Below the pieces are notes generated by a model. The model was not told the DNA's origin and ran no database searches. It saw only the letters and a program-made list of their open reading frames with translations. A DNA stretch of 64,000 nucleotides from Lama glama (taxonomy: Eukaryota), in the NCBI GenBank assembly GCA_028534125.1, contig CM052818.1, forward strand, positions 27,530,001 through 27,594,000, given 5' to 3'. Position 1 is the first letter of the stretch. Every line of letters begins with the position of its first letter. Positions 51,476 through 64,000 of this stretch are shown piece after piece. The position numbers were made by a program, and so were the translations under genes.

Positions 51476-52269
51476 TTCTTTTAACAAGATTTTATTAAAG
51501 GTCTTTATAGAGCAACATCCAGACTCCAAGTCCAGCTGCCAAGGAGACCCCATAATGCTGTGGTACTGACTCCAGCTTCTCACCCTTTTGTTCAAAGTTG
51601 GTGGTTGCTGGTATCTCATTTTGGAGTTCCACAATGCTCATGTGGTCAGAAAGGGGCTTCTTAGGGCCAGTCTTGCCACTTGGGTCCCCAGGCAGCGTGG
51701 TCTTCAGTTTGATGCCCAGCACACCCTGTCTAAGCAGCTCCTGGTGCATAGTGGTGTCAACATAGTAGTTAATAGGCTCCCAGACCATCAGGTCATCCAC
51801 AAGCTTCATGGATTTAACCCTATGTCCTCAGGATTTCCCAGTACTATGACCTTGCAGGTTTTGGCCCCACTCTCCATGATGAACTGCAGCACATCATAGC
51901 AGGCCATCCTCTGCACAACAAGTCCTCGTAGGAGTCTATAATGCAGAACTCTGCCTGGGCAATGGCACACAGACCCCGTGTGGCCACATTTTCAGTATAA
52001 AGTTCTATATTGCCCTCAGAGAACCCAAATCTGTTTTGAACCACAGCAATCTATTCCAGATCTGCTGGCCCTTCTCACCAAAAACATTCTGCATTCTGGT
52101 GGCCAGCATAATGATTTCTGTCCTGGTTGGTATAACTCAGATCTCAGCTAGCCAGCTCATGAGTGAGAAAATCACTCAGTTCAGCTTTGAAGATGTCATT
52201 GGTGACAAATTTGCTCATCTTAGAAATTTGTACCGCCATCTTGCCGCCACATGCTGCCATAAGGGAAAG
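51476..52269 (-). pseudogene. RPS3: Processed pseudogene of 40S ribosomal protein S3
   Basis: Minus strand has ATG at 52239 (MAVQISK), then [47 protein letters not shown] and [31 protein letters not shown]. It is intronless, with a pyrimidine 5' end (ctttccctt) and an RPS3-like 3'UTR with AATAAA at 51496-51491. Disablements: TGA at 52139-52137, frameshift after AQAE, deletions of the EDGYSG and PPAMPQ regions. Confidence 0.97.
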
Positions 52270-53809
52270 CTACTAATATTTCCTGAATTTGTACTATGTA
52301 CCAGAAGCTTTTCTGAGTTTGGACTTCTGTGATCTAAATTCGAGTAGTCTAAATACGTAGTATTGTCTATCTCTCCATGTTTGCACTTACTTTAACTACC
52401 CTATTCCTGAGTTGTGTTTCCTGAAACTTGACTGCAGTAGAAGTTTTCCAAGTAAAGGAGGCAAAGGGAATTCCAGGCCAGGAAATAAGTGGCATGAATA
52501 AATGACCTGAAATGTGAAAGATCTTTACCTGCTTTGGGGAAAGGTGAGAAGTATCAGATGGGTGAAATATAAGGTGCTGGACATGGTGGGTGAGGATGAC
52601 AAAATCACCATCTTTATTTGCTCTGTGGAGGAAGTTTCAGCAGGGAGATGGTGCAGAAATAATTGAAAGTAGGTAAGACTTTTGTGTTACCTTACATCCA
52701 ACTCCTTCCATCTCAGTTGCCTTAGCTTTCTGTCCATTTCATTCTCAGGGAGAATGTGCTTTGAAATCCAATCATTTGAATTTAGGTTCTGTTCCAAGGA
52801 AGGCTTGATTTCTGGGTGAAAAACCTCGATGGGTTCCCAGCTTCTCCTCAGTTCAGCCTTCATTCACAGCATGCTTTCCTCACTCTCTTTGATGTGAACT
52901 TTCGGAACATCATTGGATGTAGCCAATATTCAAGCATCAGTTCAATAAACCCATCCCAAACCCAATTCAAATGTTTCCACCATATTTCTCATTTTTGACT
53001 GGCCATGTCTTGATCTGATCTACTCAACAGACTCGAGAGTCTCTTTTTCTGGCCATCAGAGTTGCCACTCTAAATAAGAGTGGCTGACAAAGGGGACTAG
53101 TTAGGGCTGAAATCCAGCACCAGTTCTGTTCCTCAAGTTGAGGGGTTCAACAGGAGGCGGTATCCACCCCAAAAATAAAGCATCTGGTTTTTCCCATACA
53201 AGGAAACTGTTTAAGCCATTCGTGGCCTTCTGGCCCCAAAGAAAAACAGGCCTACATGGCACATTACTATTTCAGTCAGAAAGAATAATGACAAAAGGTA
53301 GATAATTTTGTCTAGATGAAAATGAGCTGAACCCTAATAGAATAACAAAATGTGATTTTACATAAAATAATACAATACATGCAAATAAGTGCCTGCCATA
53401 GGGTAAGCAGAATGATGATGTTTACTTGTTAGTAATATTTTGGCAATAATGTTGCATTTTAATTATTATTTATTATTTTTAAGGTGTTGAGAATGCTTAT
53501 GCAATTGATTTTAAAAGAGTTACAAAAATTATCCATGGCTAGTGTGCTGTCATTTCAGTATAAATTGAATGTAGTGATTCTGATCTATAAAAGAAGACAA
53601 ACTCTATCATGATTTTTTTTTAAAGCTGTTGCAAATATGGAAATGTTTTAAGTTTTGACAGAACTGGGTGAGAAAGCACTCCGGAGTTATATTATTCTTG
53701 TTAGTTTTCCGGATGCTTAGAATGTTTCATAATTTTGTATAATATATAAATATTCTACTCTCCCCAGACAGAAAAGATAGTCTTGATACTGGGAGTGAGG
53801 GCAAGGAAC

Positions 53810-53970
53810 CATTAAGACTAAGTCAAGTGGCTGAGATCTGGCCCCATTTACTTCCTATATGACCTTGAGCTGGTCAATTTATTACCTCTCTTACTAAGCG
53901 TTTCCTCACCTGTAAAATACAAGAATTGGACTAGATGAACTCTCAGGTTCTTTACTCAAATTTTATGACC
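53810..53970 (+). mobile_element. MIR (MIR3-like)
   Basis: tttcctcacctgtaaaat...ttggactagatgaactctcagg. Confidence 0.65.
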
Positions 53971-55818
53971 AAGTCTACTCTTTGGCAGCTAAGAAAGATG
54001 GGGCTAATTTTAATGCATATTGTCTGTCCCCATATCTTGCAAATAACTGATTGCCAAGAAGGGTCAAAGAAGTGCCATCTGCTTCTATTACCGATTACAC
54101 TGAGAAGCTGCCTCAAGTTTAAAAAAAATAGTGAAAAACAGAAGTTGGCAGGAAATGTGTTGTAAACAATATCACCCCCACATGTTTACTGAATAATTCA
54201 TAAGCAGTATGTAGTAGAAGCATAATTTTTAAAATGACATTTTCCTCAAATATCTGAATGTTCTGACATCAGTAACAAATGATTTAGTTGGCATTACTTT
54301 AAAAATTACAGTCTTTAAAGATTGACATCTCAGATTTAAGTTTATTTTACTCTTATCAATTTCCTTTAAATCAACTCTGCTGTATTATATTGGAATGAAA
54401 TATTTGCCATAGTTGACTATCCCCCCTTATATTATTTCTCACATGTCCTTTTCTAATGTTCTTTCTGCAGTGTTTTTTTTCTTTTGAAACAGCCCATTTT
54501 GCCTTGCCAATGAGACCCTTCACTTTCACTCAAACTGCGTAAAATGATCTTGCAATTTGATAAATTAATGTAAGAATATTTTATTTAGTTATAGAAGAAC
54601 TATTACATTAGTGATTTTCAATCTGATACAATGAAAACATATTTGTTCCATTTTCTTTTACTCACCATTACCTTTTGCCCTCTCTACCATTTTATATTGG
54701 CTTCCTCAAACTGCAAGTTGCTCCAATTTGTAACAAAACTGTATTGCTGTCTAAATTCTTTCTCAAGTAGGGTAAGATATACTTATGTCTTCTACTGCAT
54801 CACCAAACACTCAGCCGAAGTAAGATTATATGAGAAATTTTGCACAGCTGTACTCCTACACAAATTATAATTTACAAGGGGCATTAGTAATGGCTGTGTC
54901 TCAGAACTTTAATCCAATGTCATCTGAGCCTCTCAAGCGTCCTTCCCGCCTTTAACTGCAATCCCATAACTGCCTCCCCTTGAGAATCCAAGGCACTTCC
55001 CTGACAGTTCTCCAATTTGCCAGCACAACCTCCAACCCATTCAGGCCACACACACACTTTTTAGAAGAGTGCAGAGGCATCTCCAGATTTTCTGAACAGG
55101 AAGGGCTTCTGGGCAGCTTTCTGATTTGAAGAGGTAGTTATACAATGTGACACCAGTATACACAGAAAGTCTGCTATTTTTCTTAGACTGTACGAGCATT
55201 TGGATTGTGTTGGGGTTCCCTTCCTCATAACCCACCCCTCGGTTCCTCAGCTGCTACTTGACTTCATTTGACCAGGAAGCCCTATTGCAATGCAAGTCCC
55301 AGGAGGCAGGAATTGAGTCCACTTCTTTACACGAGCTTTCAGTTGTTAACCATGCTGTGAGATACTGTCTGGCTAGGAAAAAATGGCTTTGTGTACAAAA
55401 TGAAGATTTCCCTTTATTCGGTCTGAAAATTTTCTATCGACAACTGTCACGATTAGCCATTTTAGAGAACTCTTTTCACTGGCTCAAAAGTATAATGTGT
55501 TGAATTTTTAAAAAAACTTTTATTCATTCTTCCATTTATTCAACAAATATTTACTGAGAGCTCACTACTGTGTCTCAGGTTCTGTTGTGGGCACTTATGA
55601 GTACTTGAAATTTGACTATAGAATGACAGTAAAATAACTAAGTTAGTATTTTTGGTGGGTTTTTTGGTCTTATTCCAGCCTATGAATTACAATATTCCTC
55701 AATGCTGTGGTTTAGGGGTAAATAGAGAAGGGCTAAAGGACAGACCTATGGATAAACAGAATAGACTAGATACCCACCTAAAAGTCTTCATTTGAGCTCA
55801 CCACCCACTTGTACTTAT

Positions 55819-55878
55819 TCTCTCTCTCATTCCCCCCTCTTCTCCCTCTCTCTCTCTCTCTCCCCACCCCTCCCCTCT
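55819..55878. repeat. CT-rich polypyrimidine tract
   Basis: Seen directly. Confidence 0.8.
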
Positions 55879-55991
55879 AAGGTTTCCATTCATATTTCTC
55901 ACTCTATGCTTAACCTCCCGTCAGTGAGTAATGGGTAGCATACCACCGCCCTTAAACTCATCTTCTGCCCTGGAGAGATTACTCACTTAGT

Positions 55992-56405
55992 TGTAGAGCC
56001 AATGGGTCCTCTCCTGGGAAGTGGGCAGTAAGATGAACTTAGGAGAGGAACAGGTTTATTGGGTTGTAATTAGAGAAAAGCTGGGTTAATGCTTGTGAGA
56101 AATAACAAGGGATGAGATGGAAAGAAGATCAGACAGCTACACAGATCTGACAAAGTCTTTTGCCAACCCGATGAGGGAGCAGTGGAGCAATGCTTTATCG
56201 GGCAGAGACGGCCAGCTCCTGGTGCCTCTGTGCTTAATCGCTGGCTAGTCATCGCCCAAGAAGAGCATTGCTTCAGCTAGAAAACTGAAGTGGATCCTGA
56301 AGGCTTTAGCAGCGGGAGGCTGTCAGCTGACTGCACTCCCCATATCTGAACATCAGGTTCTATCTTGAAGAGAAATCCAAGCCCAGTACCCCCAAGGCAA
56401 CCACA
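55992..56405 (-). mobile_element. LTR16-like ERVL LTR
   Basis: ggatcctgaaggc...ggaggctgtcagctgactgcactcc (reverse of the LTR16 motif); tgt...aca ends. Confidence 0.7.
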
Positions 56406-56929
56406 GCTGTATTCTCGAGCACAAAGCCCTGAGGAAATGGAATAAGACACTCCTAAAAATCAGTCTATGAGTGGGACCGGAGAGGGCAGCCTAAAAGGTA
56501 TGTAGGAAGGCTGAGAAGAGTGGTCAGAGGAGACACCCAGAAGATCTCATTGGTACCTGAGTCACAGAGGACCCCAAAACACAGGTGAGTACTGCAAGGA
56601 GTGAAGGCAGAGAGGGAGCATGAATCTAATATCTTAATAATCTAACCCCAGACCAGGAAACACTCCTGGCTTCTACTGAAGAGCCTGGTGATATTGGTCA
56701 TTACCCAATTTCTCCATATCGTAGCCTCCTTATCTGTACAATGTTTTAACGTAACAAGAGTTTTGGAAATTAGAGATAAAAATAAAATAGCTACAACACA
56801 TTAGGTCCTCAATATTTGCCAACCATTACTACTGCCATTATTGTTGTTGCCAGCTGCTCTACTGAAGATCTTGTTGGCCCCATTTCAGAGTTGCCTCAGG
56901 TTCTCAGGGCCAGGCTGCTAGAACAGAGA

Positions 56930-57160
56930 CAGGCTAGCTGAGTGAACAGGACAGGCTCTGGAGATGAACTCCCTGACTTCAAATCCAAACTCTACTGCTT
57001 ATGAGTTGTGAAGTCTTGAGTCCATTAGTGGACTTCTTAGTGTCTCGGTTCCCTACTCGGCAAAAGAAGGGTATGAACAGTATCTATTTTCTAGGTTTAT
57101 TTCAGGAAATTTATTTAGTACAGTGTCACTTAGTAAGTGCTCAATAAAGGGTAGCTATTA
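56930..57160 (+). mobile_element. MIR
   Basis: caggctctggag...ttcaaatccaaactctactgctt...agtaagtgctcaataaa. Confidence 0.75.
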
Positions 57161-58779
57161 GCACTTAAAAGGATTTTGCTTTATTGTAAAATTAATACAT
57201 TCATTTAAAAACATTTCAAAAATAGAGTTTTTAGCTAGAATAATACCAAAAAAATTCATTTGATTTTATGTAAAAAGACTGCTTTTTAGTTTGTACAATC
57301 CCAAATAAAGAGTACACGCTGCACTCACCCAGAATTCTATGCACCTTTCTGTGAGCACCTAGTTGTGTTCCTAACATACTCTTTAAATATTTCTTACTCA
57401 GTCTTTAATGACTATCATTCAGATTACTGTAAGGAAAAAGCCTCCATTATCTCCACAAATTCTGAACTTAACTTTCTCCTTGTTTCAACTCAAGAAGCAA
57501 AAAGGCATGCAATGGACTCAATGGAAAACGGCTGAAGTGTATTATTTCTTGGTCTGTGTTTTTAGTTTTGATTCTAGATACATCCACAGACTATATAACA
57601 TCTGGTTGGAAATCTTTTCAATAATCTAGGGCTTTGCCATCATGTTGACAAAACTGGATGATTGATCGTTCCTGACATTTTTTTTTAATCCAGATGTTTG
57701 GATTTCCTGAAGGCCTGGCAAGTGTTGGTTTGTTCTTGGAAAAATATTATGGTGCAAGCATCCTGAAATTCAGAACTCTATTTGATAAACCTGCTCAGCA
57801 AAGTGCCCTCCTTATACACTTAATCTTATCAATGCTACTTGACTTGTTATTCAACCAAACTGTTAATTAAAAAAGCATTGAGAGGATTCTAGAGGTGCAA
57901 TACTCGGGAAATGTACTAACAACAGGGCACAAAAATGAAGGAAAAAAACCACTAAATGGTGCTTATGCATTTGAGATACAGACTCGAATTCCACAGACTT
58001 ACCTCACGGCCTGAAAAAGACATGGTTAAGTTTCTCTATCTTATGGGTGAATTATGTTCTGAATGCCCTGTCGGTAGTCAGAATGAATTTACCCATTATC
58101 AAAAGTTATAAAGGATGATAAAGTTCCAAGGTTAGTCCACAAAAATCTATTTAACTGGCTACAAAGCAGCGTGTTATTAACTGACTCCCAGAGCTCTGCC
58201 TTGAGCCTTCTGGGCTCTGCGTGTCCCTGGATTTTAAGACACTTAGTTATAAGTAATCCCTAAACTGCTCTAAGCTGGCGCCTTCCTAAACTGTAACCAC
58301 TGAGCTTGGCAATTGCAGGCCCTAAGGGCCGACCAGCTGTGGAGAGTGGGCCAAGTGGTGGCTCTGTTGCTAGGCAGCCTCCACCTCAGGAAAGCAAGAT
58401 TTAAAACATGTGGACACACCAGTAATATTTACTACCTTAATTTTCCCTCCAGTCTATACGTCCTAGAGTCTAATTTCATAACACCTGATATTTCCCACTT
58501 TTAATGTCTTTCTAGTCTTATTTTTTTCTTCTCCATCTTTTAGTGGTTGGTTTTTAAAAGATCAATCTGAGGAATTTTAATATGCAATTATAAACACACA
58601 ATGGTCCATAAATTTGATTCCTTCTTCCTTAACACCAACAAATTGAGTTCTGGAACCACCAATAATTGGCCAAAAATATGAAAAATGTTGGTGATTCAAT
58701 GTGACTTAAAGAAAAGAAAAAGCAAAGAACATTCACATATACTAAATGTGACATCATCTTTATCGCATTTTTATTCATT

Positions 58780-59030
58780 GTTTTGTGGCTCATTCGCAAT
58801 GCAGGCAGTTGTTCCCAGAGCCTTCCCTGATCCCACCTCCATCTCCAGCATGGTTGTGTCTCTCCTGTGTGCTTTTATACTTCCTTATGCCTCTCTCTGG
58901 GGTTGCCCTTAGCACACTGTCCCTTCGATTAGACTGTAACCTTTTTGAAGCAAGAGCTTTGACTCCTCTGTCCTCTCATCCACAGCACTGTGTATAGTAG
59001 GTGCTCAAGAAGTTTCTATGAATAAATTAC
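58780..59030 (+). mobile_element. L2 3' fragment
   Basis: gccttccctga...tagactgtaacc...atagtaggtgctcaagaagtttctatgaat. Confidence 0.65.
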
Positions 59031-61600
59031 CCTCTATGAAGCACCAAACAACAAGCAAGATGTTTTATAAATATTTGGATTTATAATGTAATACTATAAC
59101 TATTTTAGAATTATAGGTATTACCACGTTTAATTTCAGCAAAAATCTTATAAGTATGCCTGTTGCCAGTTTAGAGGGGTTGAGTCATGTAATTAGAAAGG
59201 GTCAGAACTGGACATGAAAGCCGGGGAAAGGATCTCCAAAGCTCTGTGTCCACCACTATTCTGCGTTGTTTGTATGAGCTATTGGCCAAGCAGGATGATG
59301 TCTTATCCACTTTGTTCCAAAATAAGCCATCTCTTTGTCCTCTTCCATTAGTAGGTAACCAAGACTTAGTGAGATTTGCTTGAAATTATCTTGTCTTAGA
59401 CATTACATTTAAGAGTCAAGTACACATTTTTCTATCAATGACCAAGTGACATCATTAACCATGTAGCTTCAATATAACAGCTAAGAAATAATCTCATCAG
59501 ATTTCACAGGCCCTGGGCATGAGCTGCATCGGCTGTATATAGGAAACCCTATCTTCTTTGTTATTTACAAGATCTGGTTTTTGTCAGCTGTTAAAAGGGC
59601 CTGGAGAAAATGGGAAGATCCCTTTGGCCCTCGTGGGCACCATCTTCATGAATTAACAGACGAAATACAGTCCTCACACTCTTGGAAAACACCACCACCT
59701 TGTATTCTCCCTAGTCGTAGATTTTCCACTCACAGGGTCCAGGATCAGAGAGGGAGTCTGGAATCACTGAACGTGACAGCTGCAAAAGGCAGAAAGGCAG
59801 AGCTCACTCATTTCCAAATGGCAACAAAATGCTCAGGAGAACAAGCTTAGGGCCCCAATGACCTGCTGCAGAGAGTGCCAAGATTAGAAAGGATAAGACA
59901 CTACTGCCAAGATGCAACAGAACCATCTCAGAGAACTTGGAAGGTGACTCCAAGACATATGGTCAGAGCATGGACTTCCAGATGCAGGATGAGGCCTGCC
60001 CTCGGGGATCAACAGGAAGGCTTCAGAGAGGCCTGTGAATGTGAGACACCTGGAACAAGCAGGGTGAAAATCAAAGCTCATCTCTTAGCAAAGAGGAAAT
60101 CTAGCATAGTATTGGCCAGGGAAGGGAAGATACCCTGGATTGCAGCCTAGGACCAAAGTTGCTCTCATGGTGTTTGAGGTCAAACGGAGCACTTTATCCT
60201 CAGAGACTCAGGTTTATTCAGTATATTTGAAGGATTAGATCATTATAAGAAGGGACACATCCATGTCTACCAATTTCAATCCCTCAGAATTTTTGCCTCC
60301 AGAATTCTCTGTGGAATATTACAGCCCATTTGGGGACTCCGTGCAGAAACCCAAGTTCCCAGGTGGTCTAGGGACCTCATCCAAGTAAAAGAATGTTACC
60401 CTCCTTCTCAGGTAATTCAAACTCTGTTGACAGTTTCTCTGCTGGTTTATGTACAGCTTCAGAGCTCAGTTAAGGAAGCTGTTTCTACATAGTTCCTCTG
60501 ACCCACGGTAAATCTAGAAACTTGCCCTACCAAAGAGTAACCAGGAAATGAACCCTTCAGGTAAACAAAAGTCCTTTATTTAAAACCTGATTCTTTAATG
60601 AAGAGGAACTTCTGTCCTTTAGTCTAATAGTAAAAGCATGGTCTCTTCCTCTCCTTCTCTCTCCCTCCCTCTGTTATTATTTTTGCTAAGTCATATCTTA
60701 TAAGTGACAATAGGTTGCAGAAGATTATGTTTAGCATTGCCATATAACTACAGCTCAAAGACTCTATGAATTCAAGTAATAAAAGAGGTTTTGTGACCAC
60801 TAAGAAGAAACAGTTAAAAGACAGAAAAAAATGCAAGATGCGGGCTTTACTAAAATTTTCTGAATGCTTACTATGTTATGCAAAGTGCTTATGTGCTGTG
60901 ACAGTGAAAATTTTCTGAGTTGTAAGTCATGGCAATCCAATTTAAACTAATTATGCAAAGTCAAGGGAATTCATTAGAAGACCTCTAGAGGGTTGCACCA
61001 AACCCAGAGTGAAGATCAGCCTAGACTCAGGAGCTGGGGCTGGGTGTCCTGACCCAGTCTGGACCAAAGAGTCCTTTAGTCCTTTTGTAGGGAACCAGCA
61101 CAGACTCTCTCTCAGTCTGCTCTTCTCTACGCGCTTGATTCTTCCTTCTAGCTGCATTCCTTCTGCTCATAAGTTCACAGACCAGACCCTGGTCACCAAC
61201 AGTCATCCAGTTTTATATTCTACCATACAAATACTCAGAGGGGGACATCGCCCTATTTCCTGTCTGTCTCTTTCTCTCTTCCCTATTTTCTGTCTGGGCC
61301 TTAAATGAGTCGCTAAATTAAGTGGTCCCAAATTAGGCTTGAAGATTGTGAATGGCTAATAATATAATTTAACTGATTTCAGGAAAATATACAACAAAAT
61401 TTCCATGATGTCACTAAGGATAAGAGAGTGAAAGAGAAAACACATGATATTACATTAAACCACAGGGTTCATTTCACACAATTGAAAAGTACAAACACTT
61501 GCAAATCCATGACTGGAATTACACAGAATTATGAAAAATAAGAACGGCGAGAAAATGAATAAAAATGCTACTAAATGTATGTGCTGTGAGTGTACGTGTG

Positions 61601-62011
61601 TGTGAGTTGAGCACCCTGGAATGCAGCAGAGATAAAACGAGAAGTGAAAGAAGCTTCGGGGAAGATAACACCGGTGAAAGATAAAAAGAGGCAGCAGGAT
61701 TGGGGCAGAGTGAAGCTCAGATCACCATGTAAATCTGACCAAGTCTCAGACAAACTGAATGGCAGCTCCAAAGCAGAGACTGCTATGAGGGGAGGCTGGT
61801 GTTGAACAGAAATAGCCAGGCCCTTGTACCCCCTGCTATGCTCACGCACTGGCTGGAGGCCGCCCAAAAGAGCAGAGCCACAGCTTGAAAGCTGAACTGA
61901 ATCCTGAAGCCAATAACAGCAGGAAATGGTCTGCTAACTGCACTCCTTACAACTGAATAGCAAATTTCTTCTTGGAGAGAGGTTTAAGTGGCAAAACTCC
62001 ACTTTAGCAGT
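61601..62011 (-). mobile_element. LTR16-like ERVL LTR
   Basis: Visibly homologous to 55992-56405 (aaagctgaactgaatcctgaag...ctaactgcactcc). Confidence 0.7.
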
Positions 62012-62409
62012 ATATAAATGTAGAATGATAGCAAGGTGGAGAAAAGCCTGTGTTCCTACCAGCAGAGAGAGCATGTTCATTTTCTTGCACTTTTGCCAAC
62101 ACTGAACATTACATGTGGTTGATTTTTTTAGATTTTCAAGTTTTCTGTATATAGTATTTTCCTGTAATTAAAAAAAAATTTTTTTTTTTACTTCCATGAC
62201 TATGGTTACCAAAAAAGGTAGAATGGTATTTACTATTTTCAGCTGCCTAGAATTGACTCCTCTTTGTAAGGGCACCCAGTTTTCAGTTTTTATTCTGGGA
62301 GAGTCACTTCTCCTGAACATGGTATGTGTCAATGGAAGAACAATGCCAGTGCTGCAGGCTGAACTGTGTCCACGCACACGTACACGTACATGTACACACA
62401 CACAGAGAT

Positions 62410-62781
62410 TCGTATGTTGAAGACTTAATCCCTAGTACTTCAGAATGTAACTGCATTTGGAGATAAGGTCTTTAAAGATGTAAATTAGAATGAGGTAATT
62501 AGGGTGATCTAATCCAATATGATGCTGCCTTTGTAAGAAGAGGAAACTGAGACACAGACATGTACAGAGGGAAGACAAAGATATGGAGAGAAGACGGCCG
62601 TCTACAAAATGAGGGGAAATGCCTGAATCAGATCCTTCCGTCACAGCCCACAGTAGGAACCAACCCTGCAGACGTGTTGATGTTGGATTTCTAGCCTCTA
62701 GAACTGCAAGAAAATAAATTTCTGTTGTGTGAGCCCCCTGATCTGTGGTGCTTTGTTACTGCAGCCCTAGAAAATGAACAT
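62410..62781 (+). mobile_element. MLT1A/B-type MaLR LTR
   Basis: aatccctagtacttcagaatgtaactgcatttggagataagg...gcctctagaactgcaagaaaataaatttctgttg...gcagccctag. Confidence 0.9.
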
Positions 62782-64000
62782 AAGCAGGTTTCTGCTTCTC
62801 CTTATGAAAGAAGAGGGGAGCAGATCCTTCCCCCAGGTAGAGCTGGGAGAAAGCTCATGATATAAGCTTGGCTGATCAGAAGCCACTCTCAAGACCCTGA
62901 ACCCCACCCCGAGGTGGGTCAAGAGGCAGAGGTGCAGTTGGTGGTCCCTGGTGGCTGTGGCAGGGGTGGCAGCAGTGGCAGTACTCCACCCAGGTCACTG
63001 TGGCTGTGGACAGCTTGCTATGCCCCTGACTCTTTAGACAGCACCCCTACCTACCACCTGCCACCCCTCTTCTCACAATATTCCCCTCCCTACTAACATC
63101 CCTCCAGTAAATTCTCCAGTCAGGGTCTGATTCCATTGCTTTCTACCAGGATTCCCAACTAACACAGAAAGTCTATCCATTACTAAATAAATCATTTTGG
63201 CAGCAAAACTCAGGGTGGAGAAACTGTTCATTGTCCAGGTAACAAACATAAACATATCATTTACCTCCCTTCAGAAAAAAAACAACAGCACACTCCAGAA
63301 GGTAGGTATAAAATTGCCTTCTTCAATGGCTCAAGAAGCAAATTTTGAGACATGACTACTAAGAAAGATTTTCCCATAACTATTATGTTAGAGAGAACAC
63401 ACCTGCCTTTTCACATTTTTAACCATTCCTTGTAAAGTGAAATCTTACTGCATTTGTCCTTGCCTTCTTCACAATTTGAATTTAGCAAGTCACAGGTAAG
63501 GATCTGTGAAACTAATGGGACTTTTCACAATCTGAGGTGGCACTTAAGTGGTCAGGCTCTTTGGATCCAAGTTTTCTATTTCTATTCTGAGAAAGAACAA
63601 CACAGACAGACTTCTTTCTGCACTAGCCCACAGACCTGAAGTCAAAAACATAAAATCACATTATCTCAAAATCCTGAGCTGATACAACTAACTGCCTGGT
63701 ACCTGGATTTGCTACTATTTAAATAACTGTATGTTAATAATGTTGATTAATGATGCAGTACTACCCAAAGTAAATTTCTAACAAGATAATTTACCCTTGG
63801 TCTAATTCTGGTCAATAATTTTTTTAGTGACTTACACAAAGATGTAGGAAGTATGCTTTTCAAATTTAACAGGCACAAAACTGAAAGAGATAACCAATGT
63901 GTTAGATACACAAGTTAAAATTTTAAATGATACTGATGAACACAAAATGCAAACACAAAAAGACATTTTTAAATGTCTTGAATTCAGTATCAAAAATCTT

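Overview
Mammalian, repeat-rich, apparently non-coding (intronic or intergenic) DNA. Two tRNA-derived SINEs look camelid-type, so the source is probably alpaca, llama or camel (inference). I can support no intact protein-coding gene. The ORF track is mostly chance ORFs in repeats. The one clear gene-derived feature is a near full-length, disabled RPS3 processed pseudogene on the minus strand (about 51476-52269). The rest is a mosaic of L1, L2, MIR, CR1/L3, MaLR/ERVL LTRs, hAT/Tigger relics and microsatellites. Repeat names are from recalled consensus motifs, not a database search, so subfamilies and boundaries are approximate. The least-explained signals are: several short local duplications (138, 33 and 40 bp dispersed, 61 bp tandem, and a nested one in an LTR41-like LTR); a CpG-retaining block near 31.6-31.8 kb with an inverted YY1-like hairpin and a CTCF-like motif; an X-box enhancer-like block near 26.8 kb; a palindrome cluster near 21.4 kb; and a few candidate minus-strand exons. 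I found no convincing novel multi-gene system.
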